From the human T2T-CHM13v2.0 reference genome, Homo sapiens, in NCBI RefSeq assembly GCF_009914755.1, contig NC_060942.1: 64,000 nt of DNA; one strand, written 5' to 3'. A program made the position numbers and the translations under genes. Below, in pieces: positions 12,009-27,100 of the stretch. Under the pieces are notes generated by a model. The model worked only from the letters and a program-made list of their open reading frames with translations, did no database searches and was not told where the DNA came from. Every line of letters starts with the position of its first letter. The stretch's first letter is position 1.

Positions 12009-13799
12009 CTGCACATGCTGATCGAAGATCACTGTATTTCTGGCCATTTCTTATGAGCATCTCATGAATGGAAAGGTTGAAAGATTGTCTGGGAAATTCC
12101 TGGATCCTCCCAACATGGTGGACTGCCTGGCTAGCTGAGGCTGATTTCTGCAATCAGAGTGGTGTCAGTAGTCCGTCACCATGAACTAGATACTGCCTAT
12201 ATATTTTATGTACATCTTTACATTAATTAGTTGTTGGTTGATCTCAGTTTCCTGAGATTCAGTTTAAACAATAATTTGCTGTAAAAGAAAATCATTATTC
12301 CTAGATCCTCACCCTGGATAGGCAGATGGTTGGAATTTATTTCTGATGTTTTAAAATCACTTTGTTTTGAGTTACCTGGTCTATAAAAGTTTTTGTTTTT
12401 AGTTTTATAACAGGATAGCATTTTCCCAAAGAATGTGTATTCTCCCTTGTTTTTCAGATAAGAAAATGTAAAAACAGTAGATGGGACAGTTTGGCTGTAC
12501 ACAAATGAATTTGATTTAAAATTAAAACTGAATACAGAGGATGATAATTCCATAATGTGCTAAGTATGGCTTACTTAGTAAATTTATCTTTCCTTGGATC
12601 ATGAAGAGTCATTAGAGGCAGGGAAGATCATTTCACTGGGACGCAGATGACAGTTACATATCTTTCTTGATTGGAAGTGGGGCAGGAAAAAAATATTAGA
12701 AGGTGCAAACTACTTTGTATATACTACCAAAACAACCTGCCTAAAATGTGTTATGTCATACTGCATAAATTTCTTCAGTGGATTGAGTTCAAACTCTAAA
12801 CAGAGATACAATCTTCCACTCAAATCTCAAGTTCTATTGCAGCCCAGTATGAACCATTTGACCCAGACCTGTGCACCCACCATGCCCTGAATACACGATG
12901 CACCTTCTTTCCTCTGGAACTTTATTTCTTCTCAGTCTTTAGGACTTCTTCCCAAATTACCCTCAATCCATAGCGATTTCTCCCTATTTTGGGAGGTTGG
13001 AGAGGGCAATTATCACTTTTTAATTATACGTTTCTTACACAATTGAGTTTGCTACCTAGGACTGTCAGTTATATGCTATAAGCTTTTTGAGGACAAAGAA
13101 CTACTTTTTTCATCTTTGTGTCTCCCATAACATCTAATATATAGCACAATTCTCTACAAACAGTTGTGTGATTACTAGAACCCTCTATTAAAACAAAAGA
13201 GAAGACCTCCCCTGCTTCTGCCTATTAACCCCAGGTCATATTATTGTGGATCAAGTTTCCCACTATTAGACATTATGTCATGGTTTCCAAGAACATTTCT
13301 CTGCACTGCTGCAGTTATTTTGCAAAGCTATATTATCTCAACCAGGGAATTGATCCAGTGGTTTTGGGCTACTATTTTAAACAGTCATTAATTGAAGAGT
13401 GAAGTATTCTGCTCACCTATGATTGTATAGGGAACTATAAATATATGCACAGTTGTGTAATTATCTCCACCAATGCTATCTTTCAAAATGGCTAATTATC
13501 ACAAACATATAAAATGCAAATTCTATCTCTAGACGCTATTCAAAAGGAACCATGCAGGTACTGTAATTCTATTGAAAATATCAACTGTGATTTCATTTGC
13601 TCAAATGTATAGTGCCTGGCATGTTACTTTCCCAGGAACTTGTGATTCTAGCTTGAACTCCAAGACCCCAAAGATTAGAGCTATAACTTTAATGATGAAT
13701 TCCTGCTTTGAACACTAATTTCCAGTAACTGAATTTCCTGACCAAGAACCCCAGTCTTCCCATGAGTGTCTTCCTGTTCCTATTACATTCATTGCTTCA

Positions 13800-13962
13800 G
13801 AGCATTGGATATGACCACTAGTTGTGTGACATACAAAAAATTACTTACCCTCTGTTTCCTATTCTGTAAAACAAGGTTAATACCAAATTCACATGGTTGT
13901 GTTGAGAATTAAATAATGTACTATGTGTAAGGCACATGTTATAGATGCTCAATAAATGTTCT
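13800..13962 (+). mobile_element. MIR
   Basis: ttacttaccctctgtttcctattctgtaaaac...gttgtgttgagaattaaa...gatgctcaataaatgtt. Confidence 0.75.
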
Positions 13963-14319
13963 CCTCCTGATTCCTATTTCTATTCTGCCTATTCTTTAAC
14001 CTATTGGGCTTGATATGCTAGACCCCCTTGCTGTCCTTTTACTCCTGCTAATAGACCAAGTAGAAGGGTTAGAGGAAACCTTTGACTAAGCAAATGCAGC
14101 TTATCATTTCAAATAGTGATGATGATTTTTTTCAATGATTGGTTAAAGGATTTGTAATGCTTTCTTATGCAAAAGACCAACAAGGTCATTTTGAAAGGAA
14201 AGAGTATCATTGTACCCAGAGCATAGAACCCAAGGGATTGAGGAGAGATATAAGGTAAGGCTGGAAAGCTAAACAAAAATCAGATTTTTTGGAGTTTGGG
14301 GGACCATGCTAAGAAGCTG

Positions 14320-14965
14320 TATTTCTCAAGGTTCTGTGACTGATTTATTTTCTCTTTTCTCTGTGGCCTTCCTTCTTTGGAGGATTTACTCCTTGCAATA
14401 TGTCAAATACTGTCTCCATGATATACCAGTTGAACCAAACTTACTAAGGAATTCCAGAAATGCATTTCCACCTGCTTTATGTATATGCCAATAATTGGAC
14501 TCCTTACCATCAGCTCCTTCTCTAAGCTTTTCTGTTTTCCATCCTCCCAGTTGCTGAAGCCCTATCCTGAAACCTCCTATAGTTCAACATTTATTCTTTA
14601 AGAAAACTATTTATTTTCAATTTTTGTAGACATTGTACTGGAAATTCACAAAGGGACAAATAATATAATTGCTGCCCTCATATGGCTTATGTTTTATTTG
14701 GAAAATTATTACAGCAAATCATACTTTCTGATTTCTCGTTGTTTTTTTTTTTTTTTTTAATGCTCCTTCTCATCTTTGTTGCTTCTGCCTTATCTCTCCA
14801 ACTTTTAAGTTTTGGAGTATCCTAGAACTTGGTTTATGGATCTCTTATCTGACTCTGAAATTTATGTTAGCTGCTTAGATCTCTGTTCTGAGTTCTAGGC
14901 TAGTAAAAACGAGCTGCTACTCACCACCTCTCCTTGGAAGTGTCATGGGCATCTTGTTGATGATC
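14320..14965 (+). mobile_element. L2 fragments
   Basis: Pyrimidine-rich L2-like segments such as caccacctctccttggaagtgtcatgggcatct. Confidence 0.45.
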
Positions 14966-15229
14966 ACTTTTTTGGGGGTTTGAAAATGTGCCACACAGGC
15001 ACTGACACTCGTTCCCCCAAGGTAGAAATCCCTTTCCTTTAAAGTAGACCAAAGTTAGTGACTCACTTTTAATGAATATATTGCAGTGGAAGTAATGAAT
15101 ACAAAAGGTAATAAGCTTAATATGCTTTGGCCTGGCTGTCTCTTTCTTAGGACATACGTTGTAGGAGTCCTGAGTTGACATGAACGATGTCTGGCCACTC
15201 TGAAGTTGCCACACTGTAGAGACTGTGTG

Positions 15230-15465
15230 GAAAGACACACAAAGTTTTAGAGTGGTTTGCGACTTTTCAGCATCAACTGCCAGACATGTGAGCGAGCCTT
15301 AGGTGACTCCAGCCCCCTGCCTTTAAGCCATTCCAGGTGATGCTAAATGTGGCGGAGATAAATTAGTCCCCCAAGCCCTGTCCAAACCACAGATTCATGC
15401 ACACTATCAATGTGATGATTGTTATAAGCCACAAACTTTTGAGATGGTTTGTTTTGCAACTGTCT
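15230..15465 (+). mobile_element. MLT1 (MaLR) LTR 3' part
   Basis: ccagacatgtgagcgagcc...ccacagattcatg...taagccacaaacttttgagatggtttgttttgcaac. Confidence 0.7.
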
Positions 15466-15749
15466 TCTCTGAAACAATGTCCAAAATGAAGGTCCACCTT
15501 CATCCCTGCTTATTGTGCTTTCTTTTCACCTCTATTAAAACCAAGTTTTTCCTACCACGCACTGACATCAAACATTTGTTAACCTTTATTTCTCTCATTC
15601 TTCCATACTCTACTTCTGGTCAGTCAGAATATTCTATTATCCTAAAGCTCCATAAATTGCCAGAATTCGACTACTTCTCACTACCCACACTGCCATGAAG
15701 ACCTCATCATCTTTGATATGGATTATGAAGATAGTTTTTTGGTAGATTT

Positions 15750-16552
<803 letters not shown>

Positions 16553-16895
16553 CAGAAATTGATGCTAGGAATAAGCTGTTACTTTAACAGAAACATAAAA
16601 TATGTGTCATTGGTTTCAACTCTGGAAATGGGCAGGAATCTGAAAAAATATCAAGGAAACTGGAATAATTGGGGCCATTGCTATATAGTTGTGAAATATT
16701 TGAGAAAACAGTCTCCTGTGGTAACTTGGAAGATGGAAAATAAAACAAATGATCTTTTGGATTTGGACAAAGAGCTCTCCAGGCAAAATTAAAAGTGGGA
16801 GCTGGCTTTTACTAGCTATGTAAGATACATTGCTTTAAGGAAGAGATGAATTCTACAAAGACTGTCTAGTTTGAAAGCAGAATTCAAAGGGAATA
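16553..16895 (+). mobile_element. MLT1 internal sequence (MLT1-int) fragment
   Basis: Directly follows the LTR: cagaaattgatgctagg...aaatatgtgtcattggttt...ggacaaagagctctccaggcaaaat. Confidence 0.62.
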
Positions 16896-17086
16896 TGAAC
16901 ACCAAGTGCCTAGAATAGTGCTAGGCACTCAGCCAGTGCTCAATAAATATTTGTGGGAGAAATCAATTATTTACTTATAATTTCAATGTGTGTTATAGAT
17001 AAGAAATATAAAGCTTCATGACAGTCTATAGGACAAAAGCAATCATCTCCTTAACCCACTCCCAGGGCCTAATTTAAATTAGCATG

Positions 17087-17453
<367 letters not shown>

Positions 17454-19035
17454 TCATTGCAGGCTTTTCAATTTCTGTAAGGTTAAGAATCCTTCCTGAA
17501 ATTATCTACATAATGCTGCTTTAAAATCTATGTACATGATATTTTCTGCTCATATAGTTCCTTTTAGGTCATATTTGTCAGTCACATCACCATATCTGAT
17601 TTTTAAATATCCTTCCAAGCAGACATTAGAACCCAAAATAAAAAGAGAACTCAAAATAATACCAGACAAGCTCTTGGTATAAATGAATGATTTTCATCTA
17701 TTGTGTGTGACTCACAGAATGGAGTTTCTGGCTAAACACTGACCATCATAAACAGTTATTCACCTAGAGTTTGGCTATTATATTTCTACATTTAAGTTCT
17801 TCTCAGATTTTCCTTCTTTCTGTTTGTTTTCTTCTTCACCTTTTCAGTTTACTAACAATTTGAATTATATTCTTGTTTCCAAAACATTATTTCCTCCCTG
17901 ACTGCTAGGTATCCTCTGTACTTTTGATTAGCCTGTCATCTTACAGAGGACATTAAGCAGCAGCACTGGGCCCAGGACTGACCCCTGCCAGCACTGGCTA
18001 ATATGTCCCTTAGGTTGGTCATAATTTAACAGGAGATGCTCTGAGTCCTCCCTAGGGCCAAAAGGTAACTGTGGAATGAGTATCTTCCTATTTCTTCAAA
18101 TACACATTTGTTTAAGGAAGAACAATTTTAACAAGCTTGGTCCCTAGGGATGCTGTTTGAAAACTGCTTAATATGTGGATTTTACATTGGGCAGATAGCT
18201 TTTGCAAGTGAACCTAATGCTAGTGGAAACCCACGTACTGAGAAGGCTTCCTGGTTTGCAAAAGAAATCCTCAGCTTCAAGGCATTTCTCCAATTTATAC
18301 ACAGTACTTCTACAACTTCAGTTGTGAGGGTTCACTCTCAGACTTGCCTCACAACATCAAATTTCTTTACCAAGTGAACCCACTCATAAGATATATTTGT
18401 TACACTCTCAATCTATTTAAGAAAAATTCCCATGAGAACTGGAGTCACAGGTCAGTAGAGAGCCCCTGAATTTAAGGTGTGGGGATATCATTATCTGTCA
18501 AACTTTAACACACAAACAGAACAACATTGCAGAGGGCATAGTTCCCTGCAGCACAGCCACCATGGCAGACTTGATGCCTGTCCTGAGATTGATTTTATTT
18601 AAAATCTCTTTCTCTGTAGTATTTTCTTTTTAAATCTCAAAGGTAATACTTGCATATGGCAAAAATTTCACTGCATAATGAAAAGCAAATGTCTCTCTCA
18701 CCTCCAACCTTCAGTTCCTTCTCCAGAGAAAAATGTTGTTGAGTTTCTTACATACCTTCCAGAAACTCTACATGAATATACAAGCACATTGCCTATTTTA
18801 ACAATCCAAAGGAGAGAAAACTATTCCCACAATTCTGAACCTTGCCTTTATCCTTCAAAATCTTGATATTATTTCCATAATTAGAATGTAGAAATAAACT
18901 TTATACTCAATATTGTCTATCAAGTTGTTTCATTGGCTGCATGTAACATATTTTATTTAGCCAAGCTCCTACTGCTGGACAGATAGATTGTTCTAGTCTT
19001 TTTCCTCTAGAAGAAAAATGCTGTTAAAGGAATCA

Positions 19036-19357
19036 GGCCATGTGCGTTGGCTCATACCTGAAATCCCAGCACTTTAGGAGGCTGAGATGGGAGGATCACT
19101 GAGGCCAAGAGTTCCAGACCAGCCTGGGCAACAAAACAAGATCCTATCTCTAAAAAAAAAAAAGAAAAAAAAATTAAAACCTAACCAGGTGTGGTGGCAC
19201 ACAACTGAAGTCCCAGCTACTCAAGATACTGAGGTGGGATGATGGCTTAAACCCAACTCTAGGAATTTGAGGCTGCAGTAAGCTGTGGTTGCACCATTGT
19301 ACTTCAGCCTGGATGACAGAGGAAGATCCTCTTTCTAAAAGAAAATGAATAAAAGAA
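19036..19357 (+). mobile_element. AluJ element
   Basis: J-type ggaggatcactgaggccaagagtt and aggaatttgaggctgcagtaagc. Confidence 0.88.
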
Positions 19358-19413
19358 GGCTAGTATGGGATTTGCATAGACAGTGTTTGGAGTTGAAGCT
19401 GGATAAAACGGCC

Positions 19414-19545
19414 GGCCAGGCCCAGTGGCTCAAGTCTGTAATCCCAACACTTTGGGAGACCAAGGTGAGAGGATTGCTTGGGGAGTTCGAGACCACCCTG
19501 GGTGATATAGCAAGACCTGTCTCTATTAAATAAATAAATAATAAT
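19414..19545 (+). mobile_element. Alu monomer (FLAM-like)
   Basis: Single arm ending gcaagacctgtctcta plus a (TAAA)n tail. Confidence 0.82.
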
Positions 19546-20397
19546 TTTAAAATCTTTATACTTTCATATTTGCACACCTGTAATACTATATATCTCTAAG
19601 AAATTCATATCAGAAATTCCCATTATATAAAATCACAAATGCATTTAATAAGTTGCTAGGTGCTGTTAAGAGATTGCAGCAATACATACTTTCCCCCAAA
19701 TTTATGAAACTATGAGTCCTCATGGTTTCAGCAACACTATGTACTATTAGACTTTCTATATTTGCCAATATGATTGATGAAAATAGTATTTTAGCTTTAG
19801 AGTTGATTAGTCAGTTTGAATAATCTTATTTTACCTATAATCATTAGACATAGGGTGAATGGGGATTTATAGGTAAATGAGGATGATAATAATACCAAGC
19901 CCAAAAGTTTTCTGTAAGTCTTAAATAAATTAATACAAAAAAAGCCTTTAAGTCAGTACCTGCCACAGCATATGCAACTTGGAGGATAATGACTACTTGT
20001 AAGTATTATTGTTACTTTGTTATATGCTTGTACACAGTTCATTTTTTTCTAAATATGACTAGTCTAATTGTATACTTTGATCATTTTTTCTGTTAGGTTA
20101 TTGGTATTTTTAATACTGATATTGTTTTAATAACTGTATGAAGAAAATGAACACTTTGTTATTTTAATTTCAGATATTTTCCTCAGTCACGTATTTTAAA
20201 CTATGTTTATGATATTTTCTTATGCAGGCACTTTAAGTTTTTGTATGGATAAATCCATTAATCTTTTCTTTATAGTTTCTGAGTTTTGCGTTTTCCTGAA
20301 AAGGCCAATCTTCTCTATGTCTGTAAAAATATTCTCCCAGATTTCATTTATCCATAGCAAATCTGATTTTTAGAAATAGCCAATGCTTAGTTAGAGA

Positions 20398-20470
20398 ACA
20401 TATACATATATATTCTGTATATATATATATATATATATATTCTGTATGTGTAAATATACATATATATATA
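20398..20470. repeat. Interrupted (TA)n microsatellite
   Basis: Seen directly. Confidence 0.9.
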
Positions 20471-20539
20471 AACCCACATTAACAATAGTAACATATGGTA
20501 CTACTGTACTATAGTATAGTATAATAACATAATAATATA

Positions 20540-22185
20540 AAGGTGAAATACTTAGAAATAAACTCAACAACATGTGTGCAAAGTTTATATGGGTTAAACT
20601 TCAGCTACTCCTAAAAGGCACAAAAGTAGAATTAGACACTTAAAAAATTCTTATTCTTGCATAGGACTTACTCAGGATCATAAAAATATATATTCACCTT
20701 AAATTAATATATAAATTTAACATGAACTCAATAAAACACTATTCTTTCTTCTTTCTAGATAAGCTGATGAAGTTCATTTGGAAAAATAAGTGTGTCAGAA
20801 TTGCTAGGGAAAGAACCCTGAACAAAGAGCTCCAGTGAGCTATTACCACATACTAGAAAGTCTACTAGAAAGTCTATTCTATAAAAATGAGTGTTTTATA
20901 GAATGCCAATGATTAGAAAAATGAACCAATGGACTAGAACACAAGGTCCAAAGCAAGTAACAGCTATCTGTAGAAATTTGCTCTATGATAAATGTAGTAT
21001 CAAATATAATTGGAGAAAAGGTTAGACTTTGAATAAATGGCACTAGGACAACGGGGTCACCATCTAAGTAAAACATCACACTATATATCAAACTCCAAGT
21101 AGATCGGAGATCTGAAAGTTAAAAAATGAAGATTAAAACTACTAGAAGAAAACGTAAGTGAATATATAAACTTGGGAGTGTTTCCAACTATGATTCAAAA
21201 TGCAGATGCAAAAAGAACAATGATAAACTTTATTAAATAAAATTTCATGGCAAAAGAGCCATAAGTTAAAAGAAAATGTATTCAATTTATATTGCAAGTG
21301 TCCATAACTCTAATAAAGAACTGTTCAAAATTAAGAAGGAAGAGACTAAACCCAAGAGAAGAATGGATAGAAGACATAAAACAATAGTTCACAGAAAGTA
21401 AGAAAGGCAAATAGCTTTAAAACATGAAAAAAATCAAATCTTTCTTATGAGAAAAGAAAAATTAGAACCACACAATGAGATATCATCAGATTGACAAAAA
21501 TCAAAAAGAAGATTGATAAAACAAATATTCCATTGGTACAGCTGTGGAGAAACAGGTACTCTCACACTTTGCTTGTACAAATTCAAAATAGTACAATTAC
21601 TAAAGAGGGAAATTTGGCACTATCTTACATAATTGCTTATGCCTTTACTCTTAAATGACTAAATCCCACTTCTTCAAATCAACCCTGTAGATATACCTGC
21701 ATAAAAACAGGACAAAACAGTTACCACAGAAAACATGAACAAGGTTATTAATTGGAAAATTCTTTGTAATGTAAAGAGATTGATAATATACATCAAGTGA
21801 ATTGGTTAAATAAAAAAAGGTAGATCAAAGTACAATTGAATACTATACAACCTTTAACAAGAATGGGAAACAGCTACCGCATGAGCTGATATAAAGAGGA
21901 TTCTAAGTTATTTTATCAAGTAAAGAAAGCAATATTATTGTTATTTTGTATACAAAAGAGGAGGAAATAACCATACATATTTCCAGGAAAGACAAATGAG
22001 AAACTAATAAACACATTTACTAAAAAGAGAGCAGAAGGGCTTGTGAGTTGAATTCACCATGTTATGTAGTTATGGGTTTTGAACAATGTAAATGTTTACA
22101 AATTTCAAACTAAAGGAAAAAAAATCCTAAGATTAAACCAAAGGACCTGTTTATATAAAATTGATAACAATCACTTAGAGAAAAG
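20540..22185 (+). mobile_element. Old L1 (L1MC-like) ORF2 end / 3' region
   Basis: aaatacttagaaataaactcaac...aagttcatttggaaaaataag...aaactactagaagaaaac...gtggagaaacaggtactctcacac. Confidence 0.72.
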
Positions 22186-22191
22186 CATGTG

Positions 22192-22630
22192 TTATTTACA
22201 ATAGCAAAGACATGGCATCAACCTAAATGTCAATCAATGACAGATTAGAAAAAGAAAATGTGGTACATATACACCATAGAATACTATGCAGCCATAAAAA
22301 TGAACAAGATCATGTCTTTTGTAGGAACATGGATGGAGCTGGAAGCTATTATCCTTTGCAAACTAATGCAGGAACAAAAAAGCAAATATCACATGTTCTT
22401 ACTTATAAGTGGGAGCTAAGTGATAAGAACTTATGAATACAAACAAGGAAAGAACAGCTGGGGTCTACTTGAAGATGGAGGGTTGGAGAAGGGAGAAGAG
22501 CAGAAAAGATAACGATTGGATACAGAGCTTAATACCTGGGTGATGAAATAATATGTACAACAAACCACTGTGACACGTGTTTACCTATGTAACAAACCCA
22601 TTTACCCACAAACCTAAAATAAGGAAAAAG
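22192..22630 (+). mobile_element. L1PA (about L1PA13-16) 3' end
   Basis: aatagcaaagacatgg...aaaatgtggtacatatacacca...cttataagtgggagcta...gacacgtgtttacctatgtaacaaacc. Confidence 0.88.
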
Positions 22631-23104
22631 AGGGTTTAAGTGATTTTGAACCCCACACTCTGACTGTACATAATGGGGAATATTTGAACAGCACACAATA
22701 AGAATTGCATAGAAATCTTAAATTCACACAGTAGGTTTATTATTAATAGTAATGTTAATAGTTATGATTTAGAAATATTAATAGTACTATTTTTAAAAAT
22801 TAGGCTGTATCATTGTAGGATGGAGCAAATAGGTAAAAATATTATTATGAACCAAGATTTTCAGTGCAAAAAAATGTGATAATAAAGTATAAGTAATAAC
22901 TTCTTTAATGGCAAATGTAGTTGGAAATATGAATGTAAACTCACAATTTTTCAAATATATATTTCCCCACTCTACCCCCTGAAAAGGCCTGAAAGCAAAA
23001 CGCCCAGGATCAATGAGTGAATCAGCATCCAGATCTATTTCTAATACTATTGCCCACTTAAAAAAACAAAAGAGCTTTTTGGAAAATTGACTGATTCTAG
23101 ATAT

Positions 23105-23636
23105 TGTAGTTATCTGCTGCTATGAAATCAACCACTTTAAAACAGAGTGGTTTACAAAACAAGAGCATCCATATTGCTCATGCATCTGTAATTTGGTCTG
23201 GACTTGTCAGGAACAATTCATTTCCACTCCACTGAATGTCACTGGGGGCAGCTTATAGCCTGGAAATGGGACTCACTTGAAGGCTCACTCATATGTCTGG
23301 CAAGTGATTCTAGGAAGACCCAAATAGCTGCGGGTGGGAAGAGCTGGGGTTTTCCTTATCTCCATGTGCTCTGTACCTTGGTGGTTTCAGGATAAGAAGG
23401 CTTCTTACATGTTGGCTCAGGACTGAAGACATATATCTCAAGAAAGAGAAAGCCAGACATCAGCTGTATCTCCTTTTGTGATCAAGTTTTGGAATTCACG
23501 CAGCATTACTTTTGCGGCATTCTCTTTGTTAGAAGTGAGTCACTAGGACCAACTCATATTCTATGGGAAGGGTAGTAGAATCTTCCTTTTGATGGCAGTA
23601 ATGTCAAAGAATTTGTGGACATGTTTTTAAGCCACA
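23105..23636 (-). mobile_element. MLT1 (MaLR) LTR
   Basis: tgtagttatctgctgctatgaaatcaaccactttaaaacagagtggttt...gcagcattacttttgcggcattctctttgttagaagtgagtcact. Confidence 0.75.
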
Positions 23637-23808
23637 GGTCTACAGAAAAATACAATGTGAGCCAAGATCCCTAATTATACCGAAAATCAAGAAAGTGCTC
23701 AAAGATTAATGTAGATCTGTAAAAAAGACAAAAGAACGTGTTTAAGCATGCTCCTATTGATCAAATTCAGGTCAATTTAAGCATCATAGTGAATAATCAG
23801 TATAATCA

Positions 23809-24124
<316 letters not shown>

Positions 24125-27100
24125 GTAACACAGGAATAATAAACATTTGAGTCAGAGAGATTCAAAAGGTAGGGGAGGGGTAGCAAAAGCTCTCCTTTTA
24201 GATGAATGGTGGCTAATACACTTAGAAAGAAACTGAATGTCACAGTTTTGCAAATTCTAATGTCAAGACTGGTTCAGGCAAGGGACAAACACGGATGCTG
24301 AACTATTAGTTGAAAGTTTGTTGGAAGCAGTATTTTCACATTGTGCCAAAAAATGACCCCAAATATTATTTACTAATTGCAAAGGGAAAAATATATCTTT
24401 ACATAGAGATCTGATGGCTACTATTTTAACTAGCTGATCACATTTGGTATTGGCAATGGTAGGACACCTTCACCTACAACATTTTAAGCCTCCTATTGTG
24501 ATACCAAATAATGTAGCAAGCATATCCCATGACATATTCTTGTTTCCAATGATTAATCCAAATTGCACCAGGACTGTAGTTTTAATGTCTTGTTTACAGT
24601 AAAAGAAGACAGTAGAATAACAAATTTTTAAATAAGCAAGAAGAAGTAGACAAATCCTGAATGTGGGACATCAATAACAAAACTGCCCTGGATTATTCAA
24701 AAGGTCAATACTGAAAAACAGGTGAGGGGCTGTTGTTTAATCTATTGAAAATAATTAAAGAGCTATAAGCAAATGAGATGCCTTAACACTGATAGGATCT
24801 TCTTTCAGTAAGAGAAGGTGAGAGAGAGAGAGAGGAAGAGACAACAAGCTATAATAGACATTCTTAAAACAATTGGCAGTATTTGTACATGAACAAAATG
24901 TTAAATTATACCATGATATTATTAATTGTCTTATGTGTGATAATGGTAATATATTTTGAATTATACCTTTAGTAATACGTGATTCAGGGAGAAATATTTA
25001 AGGAGAAGTGTGATATTTGCAATTAACTTTTAAATGACCCAAAGGAACATGTTTAAATCTCATTGAATATAGGTGGAGCCTATATGGGGGTTTGTTGTAC
25101 AATATTTATATGAAAATATTTTATCAAAGAAAATTGGGGGATGATAATAATACACAATACAGTTTAGGGAACAAAGTAGGTAATCAAGGAGAAATTGTAA
25201 CTTTTCTCAAAGGAATTCTTCCAATTCCAAAATTTGTGGTCTGTTTTTTCTATAGGGGTTTCAAACTGCCCCTTGATGACCTGAGAATGCCACAGAGGCA
25301 TCCAAAGAAGTCAAGTGGGAGAATAAACAAGGGATTTGTTGGCTTTCCATACCTTCTCTGTTTGTTTGCCTAAAAGCATGTTTGAAAATCAATGTATCAA
25401 ACTCAATTAGATTTGCAGGGTTAATTAATTGTATGATTTTCAAGTAGACTATAAAGTCTGTCCTCAAAGAAGAAAAACAAAAATGTGTGGACAATACTTG
25501 CATTATTGGGATAGCTGTAGTAGTTTAACAGGTTGACAATTTTAGATATAACTATATAACAAGCTACAATTAAAACTATAAAACTATGTGTGTGTATATA
25601 TGTGTATATATTTATAAAGCACAGTAGAGTGATTTTAAAAAAATACTTCCATGATATTCATTAGTCACAATATATACTTACAGAGACTATTAAAAAATGG
25701 ATGGAAATTGATTACTTCCAGGATGAGAGAAGGCTTTGGGGCTCTGGTGGTCTGAGATCACCCGTCCCTCCATTTGCTGCACTTCTATTTCTTTAAACAA
25801 ATCCTGTCCCTGAGTCAGTTCTATTCCAAGTAATAAAGAAAATAAATTTCAAATGGCACAAGATCGAAAGTACAAATTCAACCCAGATGGTCTTTATTAC
25901 TATGCCAGGTCTCTGGCCAATAATGTGACTTCAAACATAAAGACGAATGAAACCCAACTGACTGCTTCCTAGTCTCTTCTGATTTCAGAAACTGGATCTC
26001 CTTGAGAGGAAATCAAATTATGTCTTTGGAAGTAATCTTTCTTTTAATATATATTTATCAATAGTTTCCTCTCTCACTGTCTTTCTGTCTTTTAAATGGT
26101 CATATTATATTGCATTTTTACCTTAAATATGCAAGATTCATGTCTGAATTCAAAATCAGCATTACAGATAAAGATAATATCATTAAAAAGTGAGAGTAAT
26201 GATTGTGGTTTTGGTGACAGAGGAAAAGGTCATATTGTTCAGAGAAGGGAAGAATAAAAAGCCTCATTAAGCCATCATTTTGGGGTAGAATTCTCTTCCT
26301 GGATAGTGGAATGTATTTGCTTTCAAAAAACCTTTGATAATGGACATAAAGAATACGCTTGAAAGTTAATGGATTCAATGATATAGTCCTACTACCTGCT
26401 CTACCCAACTTTAATTTGGAAAAAAATATGGATAGTTCAGCACAGATATGGTTTAATCTTTGTCCAATGTGGGTCATTTTCTCCCAGGACTACACCATTT
26501 CCATAAGCTTCCTGAACAGTTCAAAGAAATTTTTGAGCTCATGAGGATATTTTCCAACCCCAAATCCCTTAGCAAACTGGCAGAATTCAATCACAGCCCC
26601 TGTCTCTTCTGACGTTCTAGATGTCCTGGTTGAGGTTAGCATTAGTAACATGAATAGCTATCATGTATACTGTGTTGCCAGTTTATATTTTCCTGTATAG
26701 CATCTTGTCTAGTTCTTACATTAAATTTCTAAGTTATAATATTGTTCTTTTTCCTACTTTACAGATAATAAGGGAGACATTGTTGAAACAATATTCTCTG
26801 CTTTTCTGCTTCACCAACTTTAGAACTTCCTATGATCTATTAACATTCTTTCTTGCAAAGCACTTGGAACAGTGCCTGACATAGAGTGCACTCCATGAAT
26901 TCATATTGTTGATAAGTCTATGCTTCTTAAATTGGGGGGCACACAACCTAGGTGGGTACCCAGGCACGCAACTCAGTGCACATTCTTGAATTATCAATTT
27001 CACTTCATAATAAATAATTCAAGTATTATTTTTATTCAAAAAATAGCTTGGGGTAAAACATACGGTTTTTATGAATTTAAAGATAAAATATGAGACATGA

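Larger units (their letters stand above)
18590..20350 (-). mobile_element. Old L1 (L1ME-like) fragments interrupted by Alu, FLAM and MIR
   Basis: Antisense L1 motifs such as tatttgccaatatgattgatgaaaatagtatt and ccattaatcttttctttatagtttctgagttttg. Confidence 0.6.

Noticed and set aside
20851-20876. 12-bp tandem duplication tactagaaagtc x2
   Set aside because: Ordinary slippage duplication inside an old L1.
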